Shown: positions 40,944 through 50,588 of the stretch, one piece after another
How positions within the stretch are numbered: position 1 is the first letter of the stretch
Layout of the letters: each line of letters opens with the position of its first letter
Source: a plasmid
Direction: 5' to 3' (one strand)
DNA: 64,000 nucleotides
Sequence record: NZ_CP044080.1
Translations under genes and position numbers: made by a program
The notes under the pieces: generated by a model
What the model was told of the DNA's origin: nothing
The model's input: the letters and a program-made list of their open reading frames with translations, nothing else
Database searches by the model: none

Positions 40944-41776
40944 TGGCGGCGCGGTCCAGACGCCGCCGCCACAGCCGCGGCCGGGGCCATGGCGGCGGCC
41001 TCAAGACCGCGGGCATCGTGATCCTGGCCGTGCTGCTGTCGGCCGGCATGGGCGCCGCCGCCTGGTGGCACAGCCGCCAGCAGCGCGCCGCGGCCATCGA
41101 CCAGACCACGCTTTGCCCCACGGCCACCGGCCCCGTCGGCATGACGGCGATCCTGCTGGACCTGACCGACGCCCTGTCGCCCGCGCAGAAATCCCAGCTT
41201 CTGGGCTATCTGGAACAAGAGATCGACGATGCGCCGCAGGGAACCCAGTTTACCCTGGGGGTGGTCAGCGCCGACCCGGACCAATGGGGCGCGACGCCGC
41301 CGCTCTGCAAGCCGCAGGACGTCAGCACCGCCAGCGCCCTGACCCAGAACCCGGGCCTGATCGCAAAGCGCTATCGCGACCGCTTCCTGCAGCCCCTGCA
41401 GGACAACATCGCCCGGATGACGGCGGCCAGCGGCGCCAAGCAGTCCCCCATCATGGAATCCCTGCAGGCGCTGATCGCGGACACGCCGGGCTTTGTCACC
41501 TATGACGGGCCGCGCCGGGTCCTGCTGGTGTCGGACCTGCTGCAACACAGCGACGCGCTCAGCTTCTATCGCGGGAACGACTGGCAAAGCTTCGTGAAAT
41601 CCCCCGCCTATCAGCGGCTGGGGGCGACGCTCGGCGATGCCGAGATCCGCATCTTCCAAGTGCCGCGCCCGCTGGAGGGCGTCGACGACCCCGCCGTGCT
41701 GGAGGATTTCTGGGCGCGCTATTTCGACGTCCAGGGCGCGCATCTGCCGGTGCTGAAACGCCTGGGGGACCTTTAG
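40943..41776 (+). CDS. membrane-anchored vWA-like alpha/beta domain protein (gene 2 of the MotAB-like operon)
   Basis: Arg-rich N-terminus and one TM helix (IVILAVLLSAGMGAAAWW). The soluble domain has an alternating strand-helix pattern with AILLDLTDALS (degenerate DxSxS MIDAS position) and RVLLVSDLLQHSD (vWA beta4 TDG-like). TGATG overlap with gene 1. Confidence 0.65.
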   Translation: MAARSRRRRHSRGRGHGGGLKTAGIVILAVLLSAGMGAAAWWHSRQQRAAAIDQTTLCPTATGPVGMTAILLDLTDALSPAQKSQLLGYLEQEIDDAPQGTQFTLGVVSADPDQWGATPPLCKPQDVSTASALTQNPGLIAKRYRDRFLQPLQDNIARMTAASGAKQSPIMESLQALIADTPGFVTYDGPRRVLLVSDLLQHSDALSFYRGNDWQSFVKSPAYQRLGATLGDAEIRIFQVPRPLEGVDDPAVLEDFWARYFDVQGAHLPVLKRLGDL

Positions 41777-42802
41777 GTGGCGCGCGGCGATCCCGACCGG
41801 CTGCATGGCCGGGGCCCCCGGGCGATGCTGGACAGCCTGCCGCTGGCCCTGGCCTTTCTGGTGGGCACCATCGGCGGCGTGGCGCTGAAACTGGCCGAGG
41901 CGCCGGCGCTGCTGACCGCGGGCTTTGCCGCGGCCGTGCTGGTCGCCTATGCGCTGTTCAGCTATGCCGCGACCCGGTTGCGGCTGGACACGGAAACCAT
42001 CGGCGACAACTGCTATTACCTCGGCTTCCTGTTCACGCTGACCAGCCTGGCCGTGACGCTGTATTTCGTGGTCGAGGCCGCGCCGGAGACGCGCGCCGAC
42101 CTGATCCCGCAGGTGATCTCGGGCTTCGGGGTGGCGCTATCGTCCACCATCGTGGGGGTGTTCCTGCGGGTGCTGATGATGCAGCTGCGCGTCGATCTGG
42201 ACCTGCGCGAACGCCGCACGAGGATCGAGCTGGACGAGGCCGCCCGGCGCTTCCGGTCCGAACTGGGCGTCAGCCTGGGCCGGGTCAAGAACTTCTCGAC
42301 CGAAAGCCTGCAACACGCCTCCGAGCGCGAGGACAGGATGCGCGAGGCGATGGACCGGCTGATGGCCCAGATGCAGGCCGAACTGCTGAAATCGGCCGCC
42401 GACTTCGGCCCGGCGCTGCGCGACGCCATGCGCGCCCAGACCGATCAGGTCATGGCCGACGTGACCGAGGCGGTGCGCGAAAGCTCGACCGCCGCCTGCG
42501 AGGCGATCCGCCAGGCCATGACCGAACTGGCGCAGGTCGCGCAGGCCTTCAGCCGCGACCAGGCCGGGGCGGCGCAGGCCGTGGCGCAAAGCGTGGACAG
42601 CCTGAAAGCCAGCGCCGAGGCCCTGGCCCTGGGCACGGAACAAAGCCTTGCCCGGCTGAACGCCGCCGCGACCGGCGGGGCGGACTGGGCCGAAAGCCTC
42701 GGCGCCCGGATCGAGGCCGAGACCGAGGCTCTGGGCGCCGCCCTGTCGAACGCCGCCCGCCGCCTGGACCAGGTCGCGCCCCAAGGCTCGGGCGATGCCT
42801 AG
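41777..42802 (+). CDS. MotA/TolQ/ExbB-family proton-channel protein with a ~190-aa C-terminal coiled-coil tail (gene 3)
   Basis: TM helices including YYLGFLFTLTSLAVTLYFVV and ISGFGVALSSTIVGVFLRVLMM, resembling the conserved ExbB/MotA TM3-TM4 (LGLLGTVxGM / ALxTTxxGL). Ala/Glu/Arg-rich coiled-coil tail. GTG start directly after the gene 2 stop (TAGGTG), preceded by GGGGGA. Confidence 0.7.
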   Translation: MARGDPDRLHGRGPRAMLDSLPLALAFLVGTIGGVALKLAEAPALLTAGFAAAVLVAYALFSYAATRLRLDTETIGDNCYYLGFLFTLTSLAVTLYFVVEAAPETRADLIPQVISGFGVALSSTIVGVFLRVLMMQLRVDLDLRERRTRIELDEAARRFRSELGVSLGRVKNFSTESLQHASEREDRMREAMDRLMAQMQAELLKSAADFGPALRDAMRAQTDQVMADVTEAVRESSTAACEAIRQAMTELAQVAQAFSRDQAGAAQAVAQSVDSLKASAEALALGTEQSLARLNAAATGGADWAESLGARIEAETEALGAALSNAARRLDQVAPQGSGDA

Positions 42803-43835
42803 GATCGCGCCCCGCCCCGGCGGCAGCCGCGACTACAAGCGCGGCGCGATCATGGGCCTGACCGTGGCCGAGGCCTTCATCCTGCTGGCCTTCTGCCTGC
42901 TTCTGCTGTTCACCTGGTGGCAGGTGGAAACCGAGAAACGCTCGATCACCGTGGCCGAACGCATCGGCGAACTGACCGAGCAGCAAAAGCAGGATCTGGT
43001 CGCCGGCCTGTCCGACGGCACCTTCGACCTGGCCCGCACGCTGCGCGAGGCGGGCATCGTCGGCGGAGAACGGGCCTTGGCCGAAACCAGCCAATACAGC
43101 CGCTTCATGCGCGAGGAAGATCTGAAGCGCCTGATGCAGGCCACGGTGGAGCTGTCCCCCGACACCCGCCTGACCCTGGCCGACGCGGTCGAGGTCACGC
43201 CCGAAGCCGAGCTGCGCGATGCCTTGCGGAAACTGGCCGCGCGCGAGGACAGCGTCGAACAGGCCAGCCGCCGCCTGGCCGAGGCGGCCGCGACCCAGGA
43301 CCGCGCCGTCGCCATGCTGGACCGCGCCCTTGGCCAGGACATCCGCGCGGCCGGCGGGCAGATCGACGGGAACGGCACGATCACCCTGCCCCAGAACGTC
43401 CTGTTCGACCCCGGCAGCGACCGCATTCGCAACCTGCCCTTCCTGCGCGACTTCTGCACCGCCTGGATCGGCACGCTGCGCGATTCGGGACTGGACATCG
43501 CGAACCTCAAGATCGAGGGCCATGCCTCGAGCGAGGGGCGGCCGGGCGAGACGCCCGAGCAGGCCTATCTGTCGAACCTGGACCTGTCGCAGCGCCGTGC
43601 GCAGAACGCGCTGACGACCTGCCTGAACGGCATCCGCGACCCCCGGACGCTGGCCTGGGCGCGCGAACACCTGTCGGCGGCGGGCTATTCCTCGGCCCGG
43701 CCGGTGGTGCAGGCCGACGGCAGCGAGGACCGCGAAAAATCCCGCCGCGTGATGTTTGCCATGGACGTGGACCGCGAGGCGCTGATCGACGGCATCCGCG
43801 AGGACCTGACAAGCACCCCGCCCGCCTTGCCCTAA
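42795..43835 (+). CDS. MotB/OmpA-family peptidoglycan-binding protein (gene 4)
   Basis: N-terminal TM LTVAEAFILLAFCLLLLFTWW, a long linker, and a C-terminal OmpA-like domain (ITLPQNVLFDPGSDRIRN…LKIEGHASSEG…NLDLSQRRAQNALTTCL…AAGYSSARPV). 8-nt overlap with gene 3. Confidence 0.75.
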   Translation: MPRIAPRPGGSRDYKRGAIMGLTVAEAFILLAFCLLLLFTWWQVETEKRSITVAERIGELTEQQKQDLVAGLSDGTFDLARTLREAGIVGGERALAETSQYSRFMREEDLKRLMQATVELSPDTRLTLADAVEVTPEAELRDALRKLAAREDSVEQASRRLAEAAATQDRAVAMLDRALGQDIRAAGGQIDGNGTITLPQNVLFDPGSDRIRNLPFLRDFCTAWIGTLRDSGLDIANLKIEGHASSEGRPGETPEQAYLSNLDLSQRRAQNALTTCLNGIRDPRTLAWAREHLSAAGYSSARPVVQADGSEDREKSRRVMFAMDVDREALIDGIREDLTSTPPALP

Positions 43836-43887
43836 CCCGCGCGGGTCATGCTGCACATGCAGAAACTTTTTCACCGCAAGATTACAC

Positions 43888-44745
43888 TTGCTCATGCAGC
43901 AGGTGTGGGCTTACACTTTGCCTGTCCTGCAATGCCGACCTGTGCAGGATCCGCGCAACTCGGGGGGAGCGTTGAGCGATTTCGTGCGTCAGGACAGGAT
44001 TGTGGCCCTGCTGGATGAGCGACCTTTCGCATCGGTGCGCGATCTGCAAAAGCTGATCGGCGTGTCGGGCGCCACCATCCGCCGCGACATCGAAAAGCTG
44101 AACGACGCCGGACGGGCCCGCAAGGTCTATGGCGGGGTCGCGGCGATCGAACGCGGCACGCGCACGGCCGCGCTGCCTTTCGTGGAAAACCGCGACATCG
44201 CAGTCGCCGCCAAGCGGGCCATCGCGCGCGAGGCCGAGCGGCTGGTCCAGGACGGCACCGCCATCATGATCCACGGCGGATCGACCTGCTTTCACTTCGG
44301 CTGTCGCATCGCACATCGCAACCTGCGCGTCTTCACGAACTCGATGCCGCTGGCCGCCTACCTGTCGGAATACGGCACCTGCCTTCTGACCGTGGGCGGG
44401 GGCGACCTGCATCGCGATCCAGGCATCCTTTATGATGTGTCGGACCACCTGTCGCGCTTCTATGCGGCGCAGTTCTTTGTCGGCGCGCTGGGGGTCAGCG
44501 ACCAGGGCATTCTGGAACAGCACCCGCTGCTGGTGCGCCTGGCCGACGAGATGAGCCGGACCGCCTCCGAGGTGATCCTGCTGGCCGACAGCCGCAAGTT
44601 CAGCGTCCGCCCCCCGACCGTCGCCCTGCCCTTTTCCCGCATCAGCCGCGTCGTCACCGACGACGGCCTCAGCGACGCCCATGCCCGGATGCTGGAGCGG
44701 GCGGGCGTCGAGGTCATCGTCGCCCAGATCGAGAGGGAACCATGA
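43888..44745 (+). CDS. DeoR-family transcriptional regulator (sugar operon)
   Basis: DeoR HTH ([28 protein letters not shown]) plus C-terminal sugar-binding domain. The real start is probably the TTG at 43972, preceded by GGGGGGAG. Confidence 0.8.
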   Translation: MLMQQVWAYTLPVLQCRPVQDPRNSGGALSDFVRQDRIVALLDERPFASVRDLQKLIGVSGATIRRDIEKLNDAGRARKVYGGVAAIERGTRTAALPFVENRDIAVAAKRAIAREAERLVQDGTAIMIHGGSTCFHFGCRIAHRNLRVFTNSMPLAAYLSEYGTCLLTVGGGDLHRDPGILYDVSDHLSRFYAAQFFVGALGVSDQGILEQHPLLVRLADEMSRTASEVILLADSRKFSVRPPTVALPFSRISRVVTDDGLSDAHARMLERAGVEVIVAQIEREP

Positions 44746-46289
44746 GCCCGTCACCCATCCTTGAGATGCGCAACATCTCCAAGACCTTCGGGCCGGTGCG
44801 CGCGCTGCGCGACGTCAGCCTGACGGTCTATCGCGGCGAACTGCATGCCCTGATGGGCGAGAACGGCGCCGGCAAGTCGACGCTGATGAAGATCCTGTCG
44901 GGCGCCTATATCGCCGATCCCGGCGGCAGCATCACCATCGAGGGAAAGCCCCAGGCCGAGGCGCGCGGCGCCGTCGCCGTGATCTATCAGGAACTGTCGC
45001 TGGCCCCGAACCTGACCGTGGCCGAGAACATGTTCCTGGGGCGCGAGATCGCGACGCGCGGCGTCGTGGACCGCGCCGGCACCCGCGAATGCGCCCAGCC
45101 GATCCTGGACCGGCTGGGGGTCAGCTTCGACGCGCGCACCTTGGTGGGCACCCTGTCGCTGGGCGAACGCCAGATGGTGGAAATCGCCCGCGCCCTGACC
45201 ACCGACGCCCGGCTGATCGTGATGGACGAGCCTACGACCTCGCTGTCGGCGCGCGAAACCGAGCGCCTGTTCGAAGTCATCGCCCGGCTGAAGTCCGAAG
45301 GCATCGCGATCATCTACATCAGCCACCGCATGGAGGAGGTCTATGCCTTGGCCGACCGCTGCTCGGTCCTGCGCGACGGGGTCTATATCGGCACGTTGGA
45401 CCGCGACGAGCTTTCGGCGGCGCGGCTGGTGCAGATGATGGTCGGCCGCGACCTGGACAGTTTCTACAAAAAGGAACACATCGCCTCGCCCGACCATTCC
45501 GGCACGCCGCTGATGCGGGTGCGCGACATGGCGGACGGCAGGCTGGTCAAGCCCTGCTCGTTCGACCTGTACCGGGGCGAGGTGCTGGGCATCGCGGGGC
45601 TGGTCGGCTCGGGCCGGACAGAGCTGGCGCGGCTGATCTATGGCGCCGATCCGCGCGTCAGCGGCACGGTGGAGCTGGACGGCAAGCCCGTCGCCACCAC
45701 GGACCCGCGCACCAGCCTGGCAAGCGGCATCGCCTATCTGACCGAGGACCGCGCCAAGCTGGGCCTGTTCCTGGACATGTCCATATCCGACAACGTGAAC
45801 GTGGGCGTGATCCAGCGCGACGCGGGCACCGGGGGACTGCTGAACTTCGCCGCCGCCGCACGGCGGGCGGGCGATGCGATCAAGGCGCTGGCGGTCAAGG
45901 CGCCCTCGGCCAAGATGCCGGTCGGCGGCCTGTCGGGCGGCAACCAGCAGAAGGTGCTGATCGCGCGGCTTCTGGAAACCGGCCCCCGCGTCGTCATCCT
46001 GGACGAACCCACGCGCGGCGTGGACGTGGGCGCGAAATCCGAAATCTACAAGCTGATCGACGGACTGGCCCGGCGCGGCGTCGGCGTCATCGTCATATCC
46101 AGCGAACTGGCCGAGATCATCGGCACCTGCGACCGCGTGCTGGCCATGCGCGAGGGCCATATCGCGGGCGAGGTCGCATCATACCCCGGCCAGCCGATCA
46201 GCCAGGAAGCCATCATGGAACTGTCGACCGGCACCGCGGCCGGCGCGACGACTGGAACGGCGGCCGAACCCGCCACGGAAGGAGCGTGA
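44742..46289 (+). CDS. sugar ABC transporter ATP-binding protein (tandem NBDs, RbsA-like)
   Basis: Two Walker A sites (GENGAGKST; [10 protein letters not shown]) and two LSGGxQQ signatures; ATGA overlap with the DeoR gene. Confidence 0.9.
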   Translation: MSPSPILEMRNISKTFGPVRALRDVSLTVYRGELHALMGENGAGKSTLMKILSGAYIADPGGSITIEGKPQAEARGAVAVIYQELSLAPNLTVAENMFLGREIATRGVVDRAGTRECAQPILDRLGVSFDARTLVGTLSLGERQMVEIARALTTDARLIVMDEPTTSLSARETERLFEVIARLKSEGIAIIYISHRMEEVYALADRCSVLRDGVYIGTLDRDELSAARLVQMMVGRDLDSFYKKEHIASPDHSGTPLMRVRDMADGRLVKPCSFDLYRGEVLGIAGLVGSGRTELARLIYGADPRVSGTVELDGKPVATTDPRTSLASGIAYLTEDRAKLGLFLDMSISDNVNVGVIQRDAGTGGLLNFAAAARRAGDAIKALAVKAPSAKMPVGGLSGGNQQKVLIARLLETGPRVVILDEPTRGVDVGAKSEIYKLIDGLARRGVGVIVISSELAEIIGTCDRVLAMREGHIAGEVASYPGQPISQEAIMELSTGTAAGATTGTAAEPATEGA

Positions 46290-46290
46290 A

Positions 46291-47265
46291 ATGACCGACC
46301 AGACCAGCCCCGCCGCCCGCCAGCGCCTGCGCACCATGATGAGCGTGGTGGGCATGTTGCCCGTGCTGATCCTGCTTGCCGTGATTTTCGAGGTCATGAG
46401 CGGCCGGTTCATGTCGGTCAACAACCTGTCGAACGTCATGCAGCAGGCCTCGATCAACATCGTCCTGGCCTCGGGGATGACCTTCGTGATCCTGACCGGG
46501 GGGATCGACCTGTCGGTGGGCTCGATCCTGGCCACCTCGGCGATGGTCGCGGTCATCGTCTCGCTGATCCCCGAGGTCGGCTGGCTGGGCGTCCCGGCGG
46601 CGATGGGGGTGGGACTGGCCTGCGGGCTTGCGAACGGCATCCTGATATCGGCGTTGAAGCTGCCGCCCTTCATCGTGACGCTGGGGTCGCTGACCGCCGT
46701 CCGGGGCATAGCCCGGCTTCTGGGCAACGACACCACCGTCTTCAACCCCGACCTGCCCTTCGACGTGATCGGCAACGGCAGCCTGTTCGGCATCCCCTGG
46801 CTTGCGATCATCGCCTTCGTGGTGGTGCTGGCCTCCTGGTTCGTCCTGAAACGCACCGTGCTTGGCACCTGGATCTATGCCACCGGCGGCAACCCCGAGG
46901 CGGCGCGCCTGACCGGCATCAAGGTGCCGGTGGTGCTGCTGTTCGTCTATGGCATCTCGGGCCTGTTCGCGGGCCTGGGCGGCGCGATGGCGGCGGCGCG
47001 GCTTTACGCGGCGAACGGGCTGCAACTGGGCCAGGCCTATGAACTGGACGCCATCGCCGCGGTGATCCTGGGCGGCACCAGTTTCGTCGGCGGCATCGGC
47101 TCGATCTGGGGAACGCTCGTGGGCGCGCTCATCATCGCGGTGCTGTCGAACGGGCTGATCCTGATCGGGGTCAGCGACATCTGGCAATATATCGTCAAGG
47201 GCCTCGTCATCATCGCGGCCGTGGCGCTGGACCGCTATCGCCAGAAGGGCGGCGCGCGGACCTGA
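46291..47265 (+). CDS. sugar ABC transporter permease (RbsC-like)
   Basis: 324 aa, ~10 TM helices, BPD_transp_2 family; SD AAGGAG. Confidence 0.9.
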   Translation: MTDQTSPAARQRLRTMMSVVGMLPVLILLAVIFEVMSGRFMSVNNLSNVMQQASINIVLASGMTFVILTGGIDLSVGSILATSAMVAVIVSLIPEVGWLGVPAAMGVGLACGLANGILISALKLPPFIVTLGSLTAVRGIARLLGNDTTVFNPDLPFDVIGNGSLFGIPWLAIIAFVVVLASWFVLKRTVLGTWIYATGGNPEAARLTGIKVPVVLLFVYGISGLFAGLGGAMAAARLYAANGLQLGQAYELDAIAAVILGGTSFVGGIGSIWGTLVGALIIAVLSNGLILIGVSDIWQYIVKGLVIIAAVALDRYRQKGGART

Positions 47266-47301
47266 ACCCTTTCACAACGCATATAACGGGAGGAAAACCA
47301 C

Positions 47302-48240
47302 ATGCGTTTCACGAAAACCCTGGCCTCGGCGCTTGCCCTGGCGGCGGTCTCGGCGGTGCCGGTCGCGGCCAAGGACCTCAACAGCGTCGGCATCTCGGTC
47401 GGGCTTCTGGGCAACCCCTTCTTCGTCGCCACCATCAAGGGGATCGAGGATGCGGCCAAGAAGATCAACCCGAACGTCAAGGTCACCTCGGTTTCGGCCG
47501 ACTACGACCTGAACAAGCAGGTCAGCCAGATCGACAGCTTCGTCGCGGCGGGCGTGGACATCATCATGCTGAACGCCGTCGACGCCCAGGCCATCGGCCC
47601 GGCCGTCAAGCGCGCGACCGACGCCGGCGTGATCGTCGCGGCCTTTGACGTGTCGGCCCCCGGCGCGACCGTCACCGTGATGACGAACAACGTCCAGGCC
47701 GGCGAAAAGGCCTGCGCCTATCTGGCCGAGAAGCTGGGCGGCAAGGGCGACATCGTCATCGTGAACGGCCCCTCGTCGTCCTCGATCCTGGACCGGGTCA
47801 AGGGCTGCAAGGACGAGCTGGCCAAGCACCCCGACATGAAGATCCTGTCCGACGACCAGAACGCTCAGGGCTCGCGCGATGGCGGGCTGAACGTGGGCCA
47901 GACCCTGCTGACCCGCTTCGACAAGATCGACGGGGTGTTCGCGATCAACGACCCGACCGCCATCGGCTTTTCGCTGGCGGCCAAGCAGGCCAACCGCAAC
48001 GAATTCATCATCACCGCGGTCGACGGCGCCCCCGACATCGAGAACGAGCTGAAATCCGGCGATGGGCTGATCAAGGCCTCGGCCTCGCAGGACCCCTACA
48101 CCATGGCGGGCCAGGCGCTGGAAATGGGCTATCAGGCGCTGCAGGGAACCGTGCCCGACCCCGACACCGTCCTGCTGGAGCCCGAGTTGATCACCCATGA
48201 CAACATCGGCGAATACAAGGGCTGGACCTCGCCCCGCTAA
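47302..48240 (+). CDS. sugar ABC transporter periplasmic binding protein (RbsB-like)
   Basis: Signal peptide followed by a periplasmic binding protein type I fold; SD GGGAGGAAAA. Confidence 0.9.
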   Translation: MRFTKTLASALALAAVSAVPVAAKDLNSVGISVGLLGNPFFVATIKGIEDAAKKINPNVKVTSVSADYDLNKQVSQIDSFVAAGVDIIMLNAVDAQAIGPAVKRATDAGVIVAAFDVSAPGATVTVMTNNVQAGEKACAYLAEKLGGKGDIVIVNGPSSSSILDRVKGCKDELAKHPDMKILSDDQNAQGSRDGGLNVGQTLLTRFDKIDGVFAINDPTAIGFSLAAKQANRNEFIITAVDGAPDIENELKSGDGLIKASASQDPYTMAGQALEMGYQALQGTVPDPDTVLLEPELITHDNIGEYKGWTSPR

Positions 48241-48297
48241 GGACCAACGGGCCGTGCGGCGCGCGCCGCGCGGCCCTTTCCCAAAGGAACCCGACCC

Positions 48298-48993
48298 ATG
48301 ACCGACGACGAGCTGCGCCGCGCCGTCCTTGACGCCAATCTGGACACCGTGCACCACGGGCTAGTGATCTCGACCTTCGGCAACGCCAGCGGCATCGACC
48401 GCAATGCCGGCCGCATCCTGATCAAGCCCAGCGGCGTGGCCTATGACCGCCTGACCCCGGCCGACATGGTGCCCTGCGACCTGGATGGCCGCAGCCTGGA
48501 CAACCGGCTGCGCCCCTCCTCGGACCTGGCGACCCATGCGGTGCTGTATCGGGCTTTCGCGGACATCGGCGGCGTGGTCCATACCCATTCGACCTATGCG
48601 ACCATCATGGCCCAGTCCCACCGGCCGGTCCCCTGCCTGGGCACCACCCATGCCGATTACTTCCACGGCACGATCCCGGTGACGCGCGACCTGACGGCCG
48701 AGGAGATCGCCCAGGATTACGTCGGCAACACCGGCGCCGTCATCGTGGAAACCTTTGCTGACCTCGACCCGCTGGCGATCCCCGCTGTCCTGGTTGCGGG
48801 CCATGGCCCCTTCACCTGGGGCCGCACCCCGGCCGAGGCCGTCCACAACGCCCTGATCCTGGAGCAGGTCGCGAAAATGGCGTGGCATGCCATGGTCTTG
48901 AACCCGGATCCTCAACCGATTTCGCAGGCGCTTCTGGACCGCCACTTCCTGCGCAAGCACGGTGCGCAGGCCACTTACGGACAGGATGGCTAG
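48298..48993 (+). CDS. class II aldolase/epimerase family protein (L-ribulose-5-phosphate 4-epimerase-like)
   Basis: AraD/FucA family Zn-binding motifs (VVHTHSTYAT, HGPFTWG). Confidence 0.8.
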   Translation: MTDDELRRAVLDANLDTVHHGLVISTFGNASGIDRNAGRILIKPSGVAYDRLTPADMVPCDLDGRSLDNRLRPSSDLATHAVLYRAFADIGGVVHTHSTYATIMAQSHRPVPCLGTTHADYFHGTIPVTRDLTAEEIAQDYVGNTGAVIVETFADLDPLAIPAVLVAGHGPFTWGRTPAEAVHNALILEQVAKMAWHAMVLNPDPQPISQALLDRHFLRKHGAQATYGQDG

Positions 48994-48994
48994 G

Positions 48995-50572
48995 ATGATC
49001 GTCGCAGGCGTCGATTTCGGCACGCTCAGCGTGCGCGTCACCCTGATGGATTGCGATGACGGCGCGACGCTGGGCGGCGCGGTCGCGTCCTATCCGCTGA
49101 AACGCAGCGCCGCCGATCCGCTGCTGGGCGCGCAGTCCCACGACGACCAGATGGATGCCCTGGCCCGCGCCATGCGCGAGGCGGTGGCCAAGGCGGGCAT
49201 CCGGGGCGAGGCGGTGGCGGCGCTGGCCTGCGACACCACCGGATCAAGCGTCGTGATGGTCGACCGGGACCTGCGCCCGCTGGCCGACTATTACCTGTGG
49301 TGCGACCACCGCGCCCATCGCGAGGCCGAGGAGATCACCGCCCTTGGCCGCGCCGAGGGGCTCGAGGCGCTGAAATGGTGCGGCGGGACCTATTCGCACG
49401 AATGGGGCTATGCCAAGGTCCTGCATTTCCTGCGCCACAACCCGGACCTGCGGGACCGCTTCGCCACCGCGCTGGAACATTGCGACATGGTGGCGGCGAC
49501 GCTGTGCGGCATCCGCGATCCGGCCGATCTGGCGCGCAGCATCTGCGCGGCCGGGCACAAGTGGATGTATGGCGCCGCCTGGGGTGGGCTGCCGCCGCAG
49601 GATTTCCTGAGCCGCGTCGATCCGCTGCTTGACGGGATCAACGAACGGCTTGCCGGCCGCTTCCTGACCTCGGATGCCGTCGCGGGGCACCTGTCGCCGG
49701 AATGGGCCGAACGACTGGGCCTCGCGCCCGGCATTCCGGTGCCCGTGGGCGCCTTTGACGCGCATTGGGACGCGGTGGGCGCGGGCGCGCGGCCCGGCGA
49801 CATCGTGAACGTGGTCGGCACCTCGACCTGCATCATCGCCATGGGGCCACAGGGCTTTCCGCCCGTGCCCGGCCTTTGCGGCGTGGTGCCAGGCAGCGTC
49901 CTGCCCGGCTGGACCGGGATCGAGGCCGGCCAGTCCGCCACCGGCGACGTCTTCGACGCCATCGCCCGGCGCGCCGGCCGCGACGTGGCGGCGCTATGTG
50001 CCGAGGTCGCCCACCTGCCCCCCGGCGGCAGCGGGCTGATGCGGTTGAACTGGGACAATGGCGACCGCACGGTGCTGGTGCGCCCGGACCTGGGCGCGGT
50101 CACGCTGGGCTGGGACCTGAACCACACCGCCGCGGACGAGATGCACGCCGCGATCGAGGGCATGGCCATGCATGTCCGCATCATCACCGAGCGCATCGAG
50201 CAGGGCGGGATGGAAACCGCCCGTATCGTCAACGCCGGCGGCATCCCGCAGCGCAACGACCTGCTGAACCAGGTCTATGCCGATGTGCTGGGGCGCGAAG
50301 TGCATGTCCCCGCCCAGTCCCCCGTGGGCACCGGCTCGTGCATCTTTGCCGCGATGGCGGCGGGGGCCTTCGACACGTTCCAGGTGGCGCAGCAGGTCCT
50401 GTGCCCGCCCACCCGGGTGTTTTTCCCGCGTGGCGGCTATGACGCTCTGAACGCCCTGTTCCGCGACCTTTACTTCGGCTTGGGCGAAGGGCGGCCGCTG
50501 GACCTGGCGGGGGTTCTGCCGCAGCTGCGGGCCTTTCGCCTGCAAGGCGCCGGGGCGCGCGGCCATGACTAG
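48995..50572 (+). CDS. FGGY-family carbohydrate kinase (ribulokinase-like)
   Basis: FGGY N- and C-terminal domains (GVDFGTLSVRV…; GGIPQRNDLLNQVYADVLG); start ATG at 48995 after SD AGGATGG. Confidence 0.8.
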   Translation: MIVAGVDFGTLSVRVTLMDCDDGATLGGAVASYPLKRSAADPLLGAQSHDDQMDALARAMREAVAKAGIRGEAVAALACDTTGSSVVMVDRDLRPLADYYLWCDHRAHREAEEITALGRAEGLEALKWCGGTYSHEWGYAKVLHFLRHNPDLRDRFATALEHCDMVAATLCGIRDPADLARSICAAGHKWMYGAAWGGLPPQDFLSRVDPLLDGINERLAGRFLTSDAVAGHLSPEWAERLGLAPGIPVPVGAFDAHWDAVGAGARPGDIVNVVGTSTCIIAMGPQGFPPVPGLCGVVPGSVLPGWTGIEAGQSATGDVFDAIARRAGRDVAALCAEVAHLPPGGSGLMRLNWDNGDRTVLVRPDLGAVTLGWDLNHTAADEMHAAIEGMAMHVRIITERIEQGGMETARIVNAGGIPQRNDLLNQVYADVLGREVHVPAQSPVGTGSCIFAAMAAGAFDTFQVAQQVLCPPTRVFFPRGGYDALNALFRDLYFGLGEGRPLDLAGVLPQLRAFRLQGAGARGHD

Positions 50573-50588
50573 CGCGTCTTGCGCCCTG

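Noticed and set aside
40943-43835. Interpretation of genes 2-4 as a Tol-Pal or ExbBD-TonB system
   Set aside because: No TolA/TonB-like Pro-rich periplasmic spanner, no Pal lipoprotein, no TolB. The MotA-like protein carries a long cytoplasmic coiled-coil tail absent from TolQ/ExbB. The operon includes a vWA-like protein instead.
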